Part shown: in pieces, positions 50,780-62,018 of the stretch
How the letters are laid out: the number at the start of each line of letters is the position of its first letter
Numbering within the stretch: position 1 is the first letter of the stretch
Assembly (NCBI GenBank): GCA_043228905.1
Contig: JBHGNT010000010.1
Location: 5,580,001 to 5,644,000, forward strand
Length of the DNA stretch: 64,000 nt
Source: Azolla caroliniana
Taxonomy: Eukaryota > Plantae > Polypodiophyta
Direction: 5' to 3'
Program-made: the position numbers and the translations under genes
The notes under the pieces: model-generated
Database searches by the model: none
Told to the model about the DNA's origin: nothing
What the model saw: only the letters and a program-made list of their open reading frames with translations

Positions 50780-51690
50780 CCTCCCCATAGGAGGTTAATA
50801 TATAGGTAGTTTTGTTAATGACATTCACGTTGGAGCCTCCATTGACAATGTTGCCTGACACCTCTTGGCCGTGAATGATGACCTTAATTATTGGACTCTG
50901 CTCATCCATTATTGTTGGACCCGTGGTTGGATTTGTAAAATTAATCGACACTTTTTCTGACTCCTGCTTGGTGATAATGGTCGCCACCTTTTCTATGAAT
51001 CTAAGCACTAATTTTAGTAATCCTGCTAGGGGTTGGATTTGTGAAATTAACCGACACTTTTTCCGACTCTTGCTTGGTGATAATGGTCGCCACCTTTTTG
51101 TGAATCTAGGCACTAATTTTAGTAATCCTGCTAGGGGTAATGATACTTGGCAATCTGCCAAGACCTTCCATGCTTCATCATATTCTGGTGTAACCGTTGG
51201 CACTTCCTATTGTCGATTTTCCGACTTGTCAATCGACAAATTACTTTACTACAGCATTCAAGTAACATTGTTGTTGTTTGCCTCTTCAATCCATTCCTTC
51301 GCTGCTTTACATACCACTTCATATATATCCCACTCAAATTGTTTAGCTTTACTTCGAGTGGTGACTTGTTGAACTTCGGCAATGACCATGTTTTCTACCA
51401 GTGCTTTCCCTTTTTCTTTTGTCGGGCATTGATTGACATAATGACCATCCTTTCTGTAGATATAGCAGTTTGGCACAGACAACCCACTAGATTCACCATT
51501 TTCATATTGTGATTGTCGAACATCTTGCGACGTCGACTCTTCTCGACCCTTGGAATTATATTGAAATTGTCGAGATCCTTTTGATCTTTTGTTATCATGG
51601 AACCAATGATTCAGTGGTCGATTATCTTCATTCCTCATCTGGTCATAGGACCTTCTCTCATCATGATATTGACTACCCTTGTAAGGTTGT
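50780..51690 (-). mobile_element. Gypsy gag-protease remnant with a ~110-bp internal duplication
   Basis: Degenerate knuckle CYIYRKDGHYVNQC; protease-like IVNGGSNVNVI; PLAGLLKLV occurs twice. Confidence 0.65.
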
Positions 51691-51732
51691 TTAAAATATT
51701 CAAACTTACTATCATGGACAAGACAATAGTCA

Positions 51733-53990
51733 TGTCATGATTCGAACTCTTGACCTACTGTATTTAACCGAAATGTTTTAACCAATACATCCAATACATA
51801 ATCATGTTAACCTTACTAGATTATTGTAGACTATCTATTCTACTTGTAGGATTTTAGAAGTTTCCAGAAAGCTCCAAAAGTTAGAACATTCTAGAAGCTT
51901 GTGCATGAAAATGAGTCTTTGCATGGGGCTGCATTTAGAGCCCATAAACATGTATAAATACAGGGGTTCACCTTGACCTTAGTCAAGGTGAACAACACCA
52001 GTTACGGAATCATCATTCAATTCTTGTTCTCTTGACTACTTTCTCTCTCTCTTTCTTATTATCTTGTCTATGGTCTCTTTGAACCAGAACTGGAGGATCT
52101 TCGCACATATCTCAATGAAAATTTGGAGAAGGGCTTCATCCAAATTCTAAGTCACCAACTGGGGCCCCCATCTTGTTTGTGAAGAAAAAGGATGGATCGT
52201 TGCGTCTATGTGTGGATTACCATGGACTCAATAAAATCACGGTACGTAATCGATACCCCTTACCTCTCATCCCAAAGCTCCTCGATCGCCTTTGTTGTGC
52301 ATAGGTTTTTCTCCAAGGTTGACTTGCGGGGAGCAGACAACTTGGTTCGGATTAAACCTAGTGATGAATGGAAGATGACATTTCGTACGCGATACTGACA
52401 CTTCGAGTACAAGGTAATGCCTTTTGGACTCACCAATGCTCCAACTATTTTTCAACATATGATGAACGACATATTTTGAGAATATCTCAATCACTTTGTC
52501 GTTATCTACCTTGATGACATTCTTGTCTTCTCGTCGAGCATTGAAGAGCATACTCACCACGTTCGATTGATTCTCTCGAAACTCAGGGAGCATGGCCTCT
52601 ATGCCAACAGAGAAAAATGTGAGTTTGATTGCAATTCCATAGAATTTCTTGGTTATGTTATCTCCCCTATGACATCACCAAGAATCCAAGGAAAATCAAG
52701 ACAATTCAAGAATGGGCCACTCCAAAACAAGTAAAGGATGTCCCGTCGTTCCTTGGTTTCGCATATTTCTATCAGTGATTTATCAAGGGGTTGTCTGCCA
52801 TAGTCCAACCCTTGATTAAGCTTACTCGTAAAGGGATGTCGTTTCAATGGACTCCATCTACTCAACACACCTTCGACCTACACAAGGAAGTTTTTACCTG
52901 GGCTCTAGTCCTCCTTCACATCGACCCTACTAAGCCTTTTCAAGTTGAACCATATGCCTCTGACTTTGCCATTGGTGCCATCTTATCCCAACCCGATGAT
53001 GATGGCATCCTACATCCGATGGCGTACTACTCCCGAAAATTCATAGCTCCAGAAATGAACTATCCCATCTACGACAAGGAGCTTGTGGCTATAGTGGCAG
53101 CTTTCAATGAGTGGAGACCTTACTTGGCTGGGGCGCAACATCGGGTTCAAGTATTAACAGATCATAAAAAATTATTGTATTTCTCAACAACCGGTACTTT
53201 GAATCGACGACAGGCCCGTTGGTCAACTTTCTTAGCCGACTATGACTTTGAAATTGTCTTTCGGTCGGGAGCACAAAACATGAAGGTTGATGCTCTTTCA
53301 CGACGGTTGGATTTTGAGTTGAGCCTAAGGGATGATGCATATGCTCAACAATCTCAATGTTTGCTTAAACCATATCAATTCCAGCTCTTCGTCACATGCA
53401 TGCTCCATGACAACTCTTTGCTTGAGGAGATAGCCAAAGCACTTCCCACCGACAAATTCGCCAACGCAATTCAGGCAGGTCTTATTGATCCGTCTAAATC
53501 CAAGACCAAGGAAGACCTTGACCACTTTAGATTCGAGGGGGGATTGCTTTACCGAGACCAACTCTTATACGTTCCGGAGGGCTTATGTCGAACTCAAGTT
53601 CTCCAAAAGTGTCATGATGACCCCTTGGCTGGTCATTTTGGCGTTACAAAGACACTCGAATTAATCTCATGAGGATATTGGTGGACTCAACCATGGAAGT
53701 TCATCAAGGAATTCATCAAGACATGTGATACTTGTGCTAGATCCAAAGTCATCCACCATAGGCCATATGGGTTGCTCCAACCACTTCCCATTCCCAACCC
53801 GTCTTGGGCATCAATTTACATGGATTTCATCACTAACTTGCCTCTTGTCCATGGATATGACACAGTGCTCGTCGTGGTAGATCGGTTTACAAAGATGACT
53901 TATTTTGCCCCTTGTACAAACTGACTATTTCAGCAGAAGCAACAACCAATCTATTTTTAAAGAATGTGGTGCGGCTTCATGGGGTCCCAA
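51733..53990 (+). mobile_element. Chromovirus-type (Tcn1-like) gypsy remnant: partial LTR (~51733-52075) joined to RT-RNase H-integrase
   Basis: [36 protein letters not shown]; RH ASDFAIGA..NYPIYDKEL; INT CHDDPLAGHFG, MDFIT. LTR-like ttctagaa motifs and a TATA at ~51953. Lineage name is tentative. Confidence 0.82.
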
Positions 53991-56389
53991 ATGATGTTAG
54001 GGAAATCTGGAAAAAAAATCGCCGCGAGCACCACAGCCAGAAAGCTCCAACTCAGGCAAGAGTTGAGCAATGTTCGACAACGAGATATGTCAGTTGTTGA
54101 TTACACCTCCAAGATCGAGGACATCTGTGACTCTCTCACCTCCGTCAATGTAAACGTCGTGGAGGACGAAATGGTGCAAGTCTGCCTCAGAGTGTTAGCG
54201 TCAAAGTTCGAAGCATTCCGAACTGTTGTCTATACGAGGGAGAATATGCCGTCGTTTTTCGACTTACAGTTGATCTCCTAGTAGAGGAGAACCACTTGGG
54301 TACATCAACGAGTACGCATGCCGACAACAAGATGTTGTACACGAACGAAGATATGCCCCGTGGTCGTGGCAGACGAGGCGCGTCGGCGCACAATGGAGGC
54401 GGTCGACAGGAGCAAGATGGAAGGCATGGTCGTAATGCCAACAATAGTTACAAACCCTCTGACAACAGGGGGAGTCGAGGCGGCGTTGGAAATTGGCAAG
54501 GAAAGCCTATTGTGAAATGCTGATACTGTGGCAAGAAAGGCCACACGGAGAGCGAGTGCTGGAAGAAACACGCGGATTCGGAGAAAACCGCATCCGGCTC
54601 CGGGCGGACCGAACAAGGAAATCGGTTGCGATTGCACTACGCCGAGGCCTCTGAACGAGCCGAAAATGGATCAGGCCCAACCTTCGTAATGAAGCACAAA
54701 GCCAATTCGATGGTGGTGAACACCTCCAAACCGAACGAGGTGTGGTATGTTGACTCCGGAGCATCAAATCATATGACAAGTCACAAGAAATGGTTCTCGT
54801 ACTTGGAGAAACCGGAAAAACAAGGAGTGGTCGAAACTGGAGACGACACTTTGCATACCATCGAACATGTTGGTGAAGTTCCCCTCAACCACGTCAGGCA
54901 TAAAGGGAAACTCATGAACGTGCTACACGTCCCAACAATAACGAAGAACCTGGTGTCGGTCGAACAGATTGTCAACCAGGGGATGCAAGATCGATTTACG
55001 CATCTCGGTTGCTACATCGAAGAAGAGGGGAAAGTCATTGCGCAAGGGCACTGAGAAGGGAGGGTGTTCATCCTCAATACCAATGAAGTCAGAACCACGT
55101 TGTTCGCGAAAGGACAGAAGGTCGAGTCGGACATCGACCTATGGCACAAGCAGTTCGGCCATGTTAACTTCCCGCGGCTTTGTGAAATGCAGACGAAGAA
55201 CATCGTTTTCGGATTGCCGAAATTTAGTGACCAGAACGGCCAAGTCTACGAAGCCTACCAGCTCGGGAAGCAACACTGGCTTCCATTTCCCAACGAGTGT
55301 AATCGGAGTCGAAATACGCTTTATGTGATCCATTCGGATATATGGGGACCGACACAGAACGTGAGCATCGGAGGAAGCCGTTACTTCGTAACCTTTATCG
55401 ATGGCTTCACTTGGCACAGTTGGGTATGCTTGATCGCGAAAAAGAGTCATGTCTTTGCGTGTTTCCTGAAGGTAAAGAGCCTTGTGGAAAGGGAAACTGG
55501 GCGAAAGATCAAGTGCTTAAGGTCTGATGGCAAGAAGGAGTACTTCTCCGACCAATTCTCGAGTTATCTACAAAAGGAGGGAATTTGACGCGAATTCTCG
55601 TGTAGATACACGCCACAACAGAATGACGTTGTCGTGATGTTTCTAACACAGTGTGAAACCACCCTCGAAAAGAAGCAAAATAGTAGTTTAAATAAACTAG
55701 TATTGTGAAGTCAACTTTATTTGTAGCAAAAATACTTTTTCATTTTGCCAAAGATAATTCCTTATAAATAAAAGGTCAAAGGATTGAACCTTACAATAAA
55801 TAATGATGAATATTAAGTTAGAGGCAGTTTTTAAAAGTAGAGAAAAAGATGGAGAGAGAGAAAAAAAACACATGTGGATATGAGGAGCACAATAGAGAAA
55901 AAAGCTCATAATTTCCTTGTTAGATGTCCAAATTAGAAAAGAAAAAATGCATAAGAAAGCTAACCCAAACAGCTTTCTAAGTAAGAAAATAAAAATAGTG
56001 AGGAAAATAAAAGTCGACTCATATAGACAAGACTTTTTTTAGGGAAAAAAGGCAAGCAATCCTAAACCTATAAATAAGAGCATATTCTAGTGAAGAAGGG
56101 GGGGAGGGAAAAGGAACGCGGAAGCTCTACTCAATTGGAAGGCAAAAGAAGAAGGATCGACAACATCGAGAGGCATCATCAACAAAGAATCACCCTCTTC
56201 TATATTCCACTCTCTTCTTTCCTCCACCTCTCTTCCCCCTTCCTTTATAAATTATCTCTCATATTCATATAAAATCTGTTGTAAAATTGATTCTTATTTT
56301 ATAAAAGAATTCATTATATTGTAATAAACTAATGTTTGGTTTCACCTAAGTGTCTTATATGTTATCATCATTTGTGCTTATTTGTTTGT

Positions 56390-57110
56390 GTCTTGTGTCA
56401 AGGGAGCATTTTGGGCTTGCCCATGCACCTCTCCTTTCACAGAGGCATTCAAACTTGCGTGTCTTATATGTTATTGTCATTTGTGCTTATCTGTTTGTGT
56501 GTCTTGTGACAAGGGAGCGTTTCGAGCTTGCCCATGCACCTCTCCTTTCACAAAGGCATTCAAACGTTCGTGTCTTGCGTGTTAGTGTAAATCTTGCTTG
56601 TGTGATTGTGTGACTTGTGGCAAGGGAGCGTTCGGGCTTTGCCCATGCACCTCTCCTTTCATAAAGGCATTCAAAATTGTCTCCCGTGTGTAAACCTTGC
56701 TTGTGTGATCGTGCGACTTGTGTCACGGGAGCGTTTGGGCTTGCCCATGCACCTCTCCTTTCACAAAGGCGTTCGAAATTGTGTCTCCCGTGTGTAAACC
56801 TTGCTTGTGTGATCGTGTGACTTGTGGCATGGGAGCGTTTGGGCTTGCCCATGCACCTCTCCTTTCACAAAGGTATTCGAAATTGTGTCTCCCGTGTGTA
56901 AACCTTGCTTGTGTGTTCGCGTGTCTTGTAACGAGGGAGTGTTCGGGCTTGCCCATGCACCTCTCCTTTCACAAAGGCGTTTGAAATTGTGTCTCACGTG
57001 TGTAAACCTTGCTTGTGTGTTCGCGTGTCTTGTAACAAGGGAGTGTTCGGGCTTGCCCATGCACCTCTCTTTTCACAAAGACATTCGAAACTTTGTCTCT
57101 CGTGTGTGAA
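56390..57110. repeat. 102-111-bp tandem repeat, 7 units plus an 8th split by the copia insertion
   Basis: The core gcccatgcacctctcctttcacaaagg occurs at 56419, 56530, 56641, 56743, 56847, 56951, 57055 and 62795. Confidence 0.92.
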
Positions 57111-57691
57111 AGTAAGCCTTTTCCTTGTGTGTCCGTGTGTAAGAATTCCTCACGTGCGTTCGTTCACCTTGTGACTAGGGGTTGATTCGGGCTTGTTGAG
57201 AATCAACACTTGGATTCACCTTCACCGCTCGGCCACAACCGATTAATCGCGAATCAATGCAACAGAAAATAGGAAATACAGAGAAAGACGCGATACACAG
57301 GGGATTAACGTGGAAAACCCTATACGGGAAAAACCACGGGAGTGCGAGACTCCAAACCAAACTATGCACAGAGAAATATACAATGGCAAGCTGCAAGGCA
57401 ACGACCTTGAGCTCGCCGTCCTCGCCACAGGCGGCGGAAATACACAGAGGCGTCTACCTCTTCGTCTCTCTTCCGCTCTATCTCTCTCTCTCTCTCTCGG
57501 CTGCTCCCTCTTCACTCCTCTTGAGTGGAAAATCAGGAAAAATAATCAGCAACCACATAAACTGTTTGCCCTAAGTCATATTTATACACATATGACTTTC
57601 GGGCTATTTACAAATTTAGCCTCAAGGGCTCTTAGCAAAACATATTCACAAATATGTCCCCGCATCCGGATCTCTCTCCGGGTACATTCAG

Positions 57692-57890
57692 CATCTGGCT
57701 CCGTAACCGGGGTCTTCATCATCCGGCTCCGTAACCGGGGTCTTCATCATCCGGCTCCGTAACCGGGGTCTTCATCATCCGGCTCCGTAACCGGGGTCTT
57801 CAGCATCCGGCTCCGTAACCGGGGTCTTCATCATCCGGCTCCGTAACCGGAGTCTTCATCATCCGGCTCCGTAACCGGGGTCTTCATCAT
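57692..57890. repeat. Seven 28-bp tandem repeats in LTR U3 (also at 62546-62744)
   Basis: Unit catccggctccgtaaccggggtcttcat, period 28. Confidence 0.93.
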
Positions 57891-57944
57891 TTATCTCCGG
57901 GGACATCCCATCCGGAGGGACCGAAATCCCAACAAACTCCCCCT

Positions 57945-60900
57945 TCACTTTGGCATGGGATGTCTCTCCAATCCAATCCTCTTCCGGCATGCTTCCAACT
58001 TGTCGGGTGTGAGCACTTTGGTCAGCATATCTGAGCCGTTCTCATCCGTGTGGATCTTCGTCAGCACGAACTCCTGGTCTTCTATCCTTTCCCGGATCCA
58101 GTGATATCTTCGCTGGATGTGCTTCGTCCGGGAGTGATAGGCCGCGTTCTTCGCAAGGTGGATGGCACTCTGACTGTCGCAGTAGAGTCGGTACTCCTCT
58201 TGCCGGATACCGAGCTCTCTAATGAAGTCCTTCATCCATATTATTTCCTTGCCGGCTTCAACAGCCGCCATGTACTCCGCCTCCGTGGTTGACAGCGCAA
58301 CCGTCTTCTGCAGCCTCGACTGCCACGAAACAGCTCCCCCTGCATACGTCATCACATACCCTGATGTGGACCGGCTGGTATCTGCATCAACCGACATATC
58401 CGAGTCGGTGAAGCCGTCGAGTTCGGGCTTACCGGAGCCGAATCGGAGGCTCACGTTTGCCGTGCCCTTCAGGTATCGGAGTATCCACTTGATCGCGTTC
58501 CAGTGCTCTTTGCCGGGATTGCTCATGTACCGACTCACCATTCCAACTGCATATCCTATGTCCGGTCTTGTACACACCATTGCATACATCAAGCTTCCGA
58601 CGGCAGAGGCATATGGTACTTTCATCATGTCCTCCTTCTCAGCCTTTGTCTTGGGGCTTTGCTTGCTGGACAACCTGCAGTTTGCCGGTAGGGTTGACCC
58701 GACCGGTCTTGCTTCCGACATGTTGAACCGGTGAAGCACCTTTGTCACGTACTTTTCCTGTGACAGCCACAACTGCTTCTTCTTCCGGTCCCGGATGATG
58801 TGCATCCCCAGTATTTGCCTCGCCGGACCCAGGTCCTTCATTGAGAAGGTTCGGTGAAGCGCCCTCTTCAGCATCCGTATCTTGACCTGGTCCCGTCCGA
58901 CGATCAACATGTCGTCCACGTAAAGGAGGAGTATTAGAGAGTCTCCTCCTTCGAACTTCTTCACAAACACGCAGTGATCAGACTGCGTTTTGTGGTACCC
59001 TTCGTCGGTCATAAAGGAGTCGAACTTCCGGTACCATTGCCGGGGAGCCTGCTTCAGTCCGTAAAGGCTCTTCTTCAACCGGCATACCAGGTGCTCCTTC
59101 CCTTTCTTCTCGAATCCTTCCGGTTGCTGCATGTAGATCTCTTCTTCGAGGTCACCGTGAAGGAATGCCGTCTTCACGTCCATCTGTTCTACCTCGAGGT
59201 CCATACTTGCCGCTATGCTCAGCACCGTCCGGATGGAGGTCATCTTCACTACCGGGGCAAATATCTCGTCGAAGTCGACGCCCTTCTTCTGCTGGAACCC
59301 CTTCACCACGATCCTGGCTTTGTATCTCGGGGGGTTTCCGGCATCTCCCGGTTTCAGCTTGAACACCCACTTGTTTCGAAGTGCCCGCTTTCCTTTCGGC
59401 AACTCCACAAGTTCATATGTGTGGTTCTCATGCAGGGAATCCATCTCCTCCTGCATGGCACTTAACCACCTGCGGCTATGGGTGTCAAGCTTTGCTTCTT
59501 CAACACTCTCCGGCTCCCCCTCGTCGGTCATAAGCACGTGCTCAGGTTCTGGAAATCTCCGGGGGGCCCTTCTCTCTCTTAGAGGATATCTCCGTTCCGG
59601 AGCTTCGGTAACTGGTTCTTCCGTTTCTTCTTCATCCGAATCCATTTCGGGATCGGGGCCGGTTCCGGTATCATTTTCATCTCCTTCGGCCGGTTCTGTT
59701 TCTTCACCGTCTTCGGCCGGATCCTCGAATGCTAACCGGTCCCTTGCCGGTCGGGACTGCTCCTCGTAGAGTTGATCCTCACCGGTCGACTTGGAGCTCT
59801 TCATCTTCTTCTCCGACTCCCAGTCGGCGAGTGTCTTGTCCTCCATGAAGATGATGTCTCGACTCCTGAATATCTTCTTGTCGACCGGGTCCCATACTCG
59901 GTAGCCAAACTCGTCGTCGCCGTAACCGAGGAATATGCATGGCCGGGTCTTTGGATCTAGCTTTCCTCTCCGGTCCTTTGCCACATGCACGTATGCGAGA
60001 CACCCGAACACCTTCAGATGCCGGTAGGATACTTCCCTACCGGTCCACACTTTCTGCGGCGTGTCTCTGTCCAAAGGTACTGAGGGTGATCTGTTTATCA
60101 CGTATGTCGCCGTTGACATTGCCTCAGCCCAAAACCCCTTGGGTAATTCCGCATGCGCCAGCATACTCCGGACCCTCTCCATTATGGTCCGGTTCATCCT
60201 CTCGGCCAGCCCATTCAGTTCCGGCGTCTTCGGCACAGTAAACTCGAGCCGGATTCCCTTCGAGCGACAGTACTCCTGGAACTGCCCCCGGTATTCCCCT
60301 CCGTTATCCGCTCGTATCGCTTTCAGCTTCTTGCCGGATTCCCTTTCCACTCTCGCGTGGAGTTCTTTGAAGACAGACAATACTTGGTCCTTTGTCTTCA
60401 ACGGTGCCGTCCACAGCTTCCGGCTGTGGTCATCAATGAATGTCACGAAGTACTGGGCTCCGCCATGGGACTTCGTTTCTACTTGACACACGTCAGTGTG
60501 CACCAACTCCAATGGTGCGCTACGTCTCGTCGGTGGCCTTGAGTGGAAGGAGGTTCGGTTCTGCTTACCGGCCAGGCAATCGGTGCACTTCTCCAGGTGC
60601 ACATGCTTCACTGGGATAAGGTTGTCTTCTGCAAGCCTCTTCATCCCCTTCTCACTCATGTGGCACAGTCTCTTGTGCCACAGCTCACCGGCAGTGTCGG
60701 CTGCCACATTCAGCTCTTCCGGACATAACCGGGCATTCATCAGATACAGTGTGTTGTCTTTCCGGGCCCGAGCCACTATCAGGCTCCCCTTGCTGAACTT
60801 CATTACGCCGTTCCGGATGCTACCTGTGTAGCCTTCATCGTCTAGCCTCCCGGCTGAAATCAGGTTCAATCGAACCTCCGGAACGTGTCGGACATCCTTC

Positions 60901-62018
60901 AGCAGCATTTTGCATCCGGTCGGGGTTGTCAACCACACGTCTCCGATGCCGGCAATCCGGCACGTACCTTCATTTCCCATCCGAACACAGCCATGCTCGC
61001 CGGCTGTGTAGGATGAGAAGTATCTTCTCTCCGGGGTCAGGTGGAACGATGCTCCGGAATCGACCACCCAGGTCGACTCATCGCCGGCAACGTTTAGCTC
61101 ACCTTCTTCGGTGATGAGCATGATTTCTTCCTCACTTGCCGCGAGTGCCGTTGTTCCTTTCCGGTCCTGCCCTCGCCGATCCGAACCTCTCCGGTCCGTG
61201 GCTCCCCGGTGTGCACCGTTTCTCTCCGGTGACTTCTTCGAATCGGTGTCGTCGGCTCCGTTGTCTTTTCGGTAATGCCGACAATTCTTTCGGAAGTGCC
61301 CCGGCTTCCCACAGTGGAAGCATGTGGGCCTTCCTCTTGACTGCGACCGGGTCCCCGACTTCTCCCGTCTTTGCGGACTCCGGTTCCATTGTCTTCCCCG
61401 ATCCGATTCGGTAAACAGCATCTTCGGGTCGGAGGCCGGTTCCTTATCTCTCCGACGCGCTTCTTCATTCAGAATACTTGTCTTTACCGTCTGTAAGGAC
61501 AAGTTATCTTCGGTGCACGAGGTGCTGAGAGTCACCACCAAGTTCTCCCAGCTTTCCGGCAATGTACACATCAGGATGATGGCTTGCATTGCATCCTCCA
61601 ACGGGAACTTGATCGCCGCAAGCTGATTCACGAATCCCATGAACGTGCTTACGTGTTCCACCATACTCTCGCCGTCCCGGTACTTGAGATTCACTATCTT
61701 CCTCATCAGGGAGGTCCGGTTCAACGCATTCTTCCTCTCGTAGAGGCCCGACAGCTTCTTCCACATCTCATATGCGTTGGTGTCGTTTGCCACATGTTGT
61801 AGGACGCTCACGTCGACGTATTGTCGGATCGTCGCTACGGCTTTCCGGTTCAGGAGCTTCCACTCCGACTCAAGTACCCCTTTCGGTATTTCCGACCTGT
61901 CAATCGGTTCGTACAGGTCCCGAACAATCAGAAGGTCCTCCATCTTGATCTTCCAGTCGGCGTAATTCTGTGCATTCAGCACCATCATCATCGGCTGCCC
62001 GCTGCCGCCGCCTTCCAT
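57945..62018 (-). CDS. Copia Gag-Pol polyprotein (~1357 aa from MEGGG)
   Basis: CFHCGKPGHFRKNC knuckle; WVVDSGASFH protease; HTDVC/DNGGEY/NGLAER integrase; LYVDD RT; FTDSD/STTEAEY RNase H. No stop codons. Confidence 0.96.
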   Translation of the reverse strand: MEGGGSGQPMMMVLNAQNYADWKIKMEDLLIVRDLYEPIDRSEIPKGVLESEWKLLNRKAVATIRQYVDVSVLQHVANDTNAYEMWKKLSGLYERKNALNRTSLMRKIVNLKYRDGESMVEHVSTFMGFVNQLAAIKFPLEDAMQAIILMCTLPESWENLVVTLSTSCTEDNLSLQTVKTSILNEEARRRDKEPASDPKMLFTESDRGRQWNRSPQRREKSGTRSQSRGRPTCFHCGKPGHFRKNCRHYRKDNGADDTDSKKSPERNGAHRGATDRRGSDRRGQDRKGTTALAASEEEIMLITEEGELNVAGDESTWVVDSGASFHLTPERRYFSSYTAGEHGCVRMGNEGTCRIAGIGDVWLTTPTGCKMLLKDVRHVPEVRLNLISAGRLDDEGYTGSIRNGVMKFSKGSLIVARARKDNTLYLMNARLCPEELNVAADTAGELWHKRLCHMSEKGMKRLAEDNLIPVKHVHLEKCTDCLAGKQNRTSFHSRPPTRRSAPLELVHTDVCQVETKSHGGAQYFVTFIDDHSRKLWTAPLKTKDQVLSVFKELHARVERESGKKLKAIRADNGGEYRGQFQEYCRSKGIRLEFTVPKTPELNGLAERMNRTIMERVRSMLAHAELPKGFWAEAMSTATYVINRSPSVPLDRDTPQKVWTGREVSYRHLKVFGCLAYVHVAKDRRGKLDPKTRPCIFLGYGDDEFGYRVWDPVDKKIFRSRDIIFMEDKTLADWESEKKMKSSKSTGEDQLYEEQSRPARDRLAFEDPAEDGEETEPAEGDENDTGTGPDPEMDSDEEETEEPVTEAPERRYPLRERRAPRRFPEPEHVLMTDEGEPESVEEAKLDTHSRRWLSAMQEEMDSLHENHTYELVELPKGKRALRNKWVFKLKPGDAGNPPRYKARIVVKGFQQKKGVDFDEIFAPVVKMTSIRTVLSIAASMDLEVEQMDVKTAFLHGDLEEEIYMQQPEGFEKKGKEHLVCRLKKSLYGLKQAPRQWYRKFDSFMTDEGYHKTQSDHCVFVKKFEGGDSLILLLYVDDMLIVGRDQVKIRMLKRALHRTFSMKDLGPARQILGMHIIRDRKKKQLWLSQEKYVTKVLHRFNMSEARPVGSTLPANCRLSSKQSPKTKAEKEDMMKVPYASAVGSLMYAMVCTRPDIGYAVGMVSRYMSNPGKEHWNAIKWILRYLKGTANVSLRFGSGKPELDGFTDSDMSVDADTSRSTSGYVMTYAGGAVSWQSRLQKTVALSTTEAEYMAAVEAGKEIIWMKDFIRELGIRQEEYRLYCDSQSAIHLAKNAAYHSRTKHIQRRYHWIRERIEDQEFVLTKIHTDENGSDMLTKVLTPDKLEACRKRIGLERHPMPK

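Noticed and set aside
56390-57110. CRISPR-like array, and repetitive ORFs on both strands
   Set aside because: Whole units are homologous with no unique spacers. The ORFs are by-products of the tandem repeat.
57243-57762. ORFs of 90-150 aa in the LTR, duplicated at 62097-62616
   Set aside because: They lie wholly within LTRs, run through microsatellite and tandem repeats, and show no domain signature.
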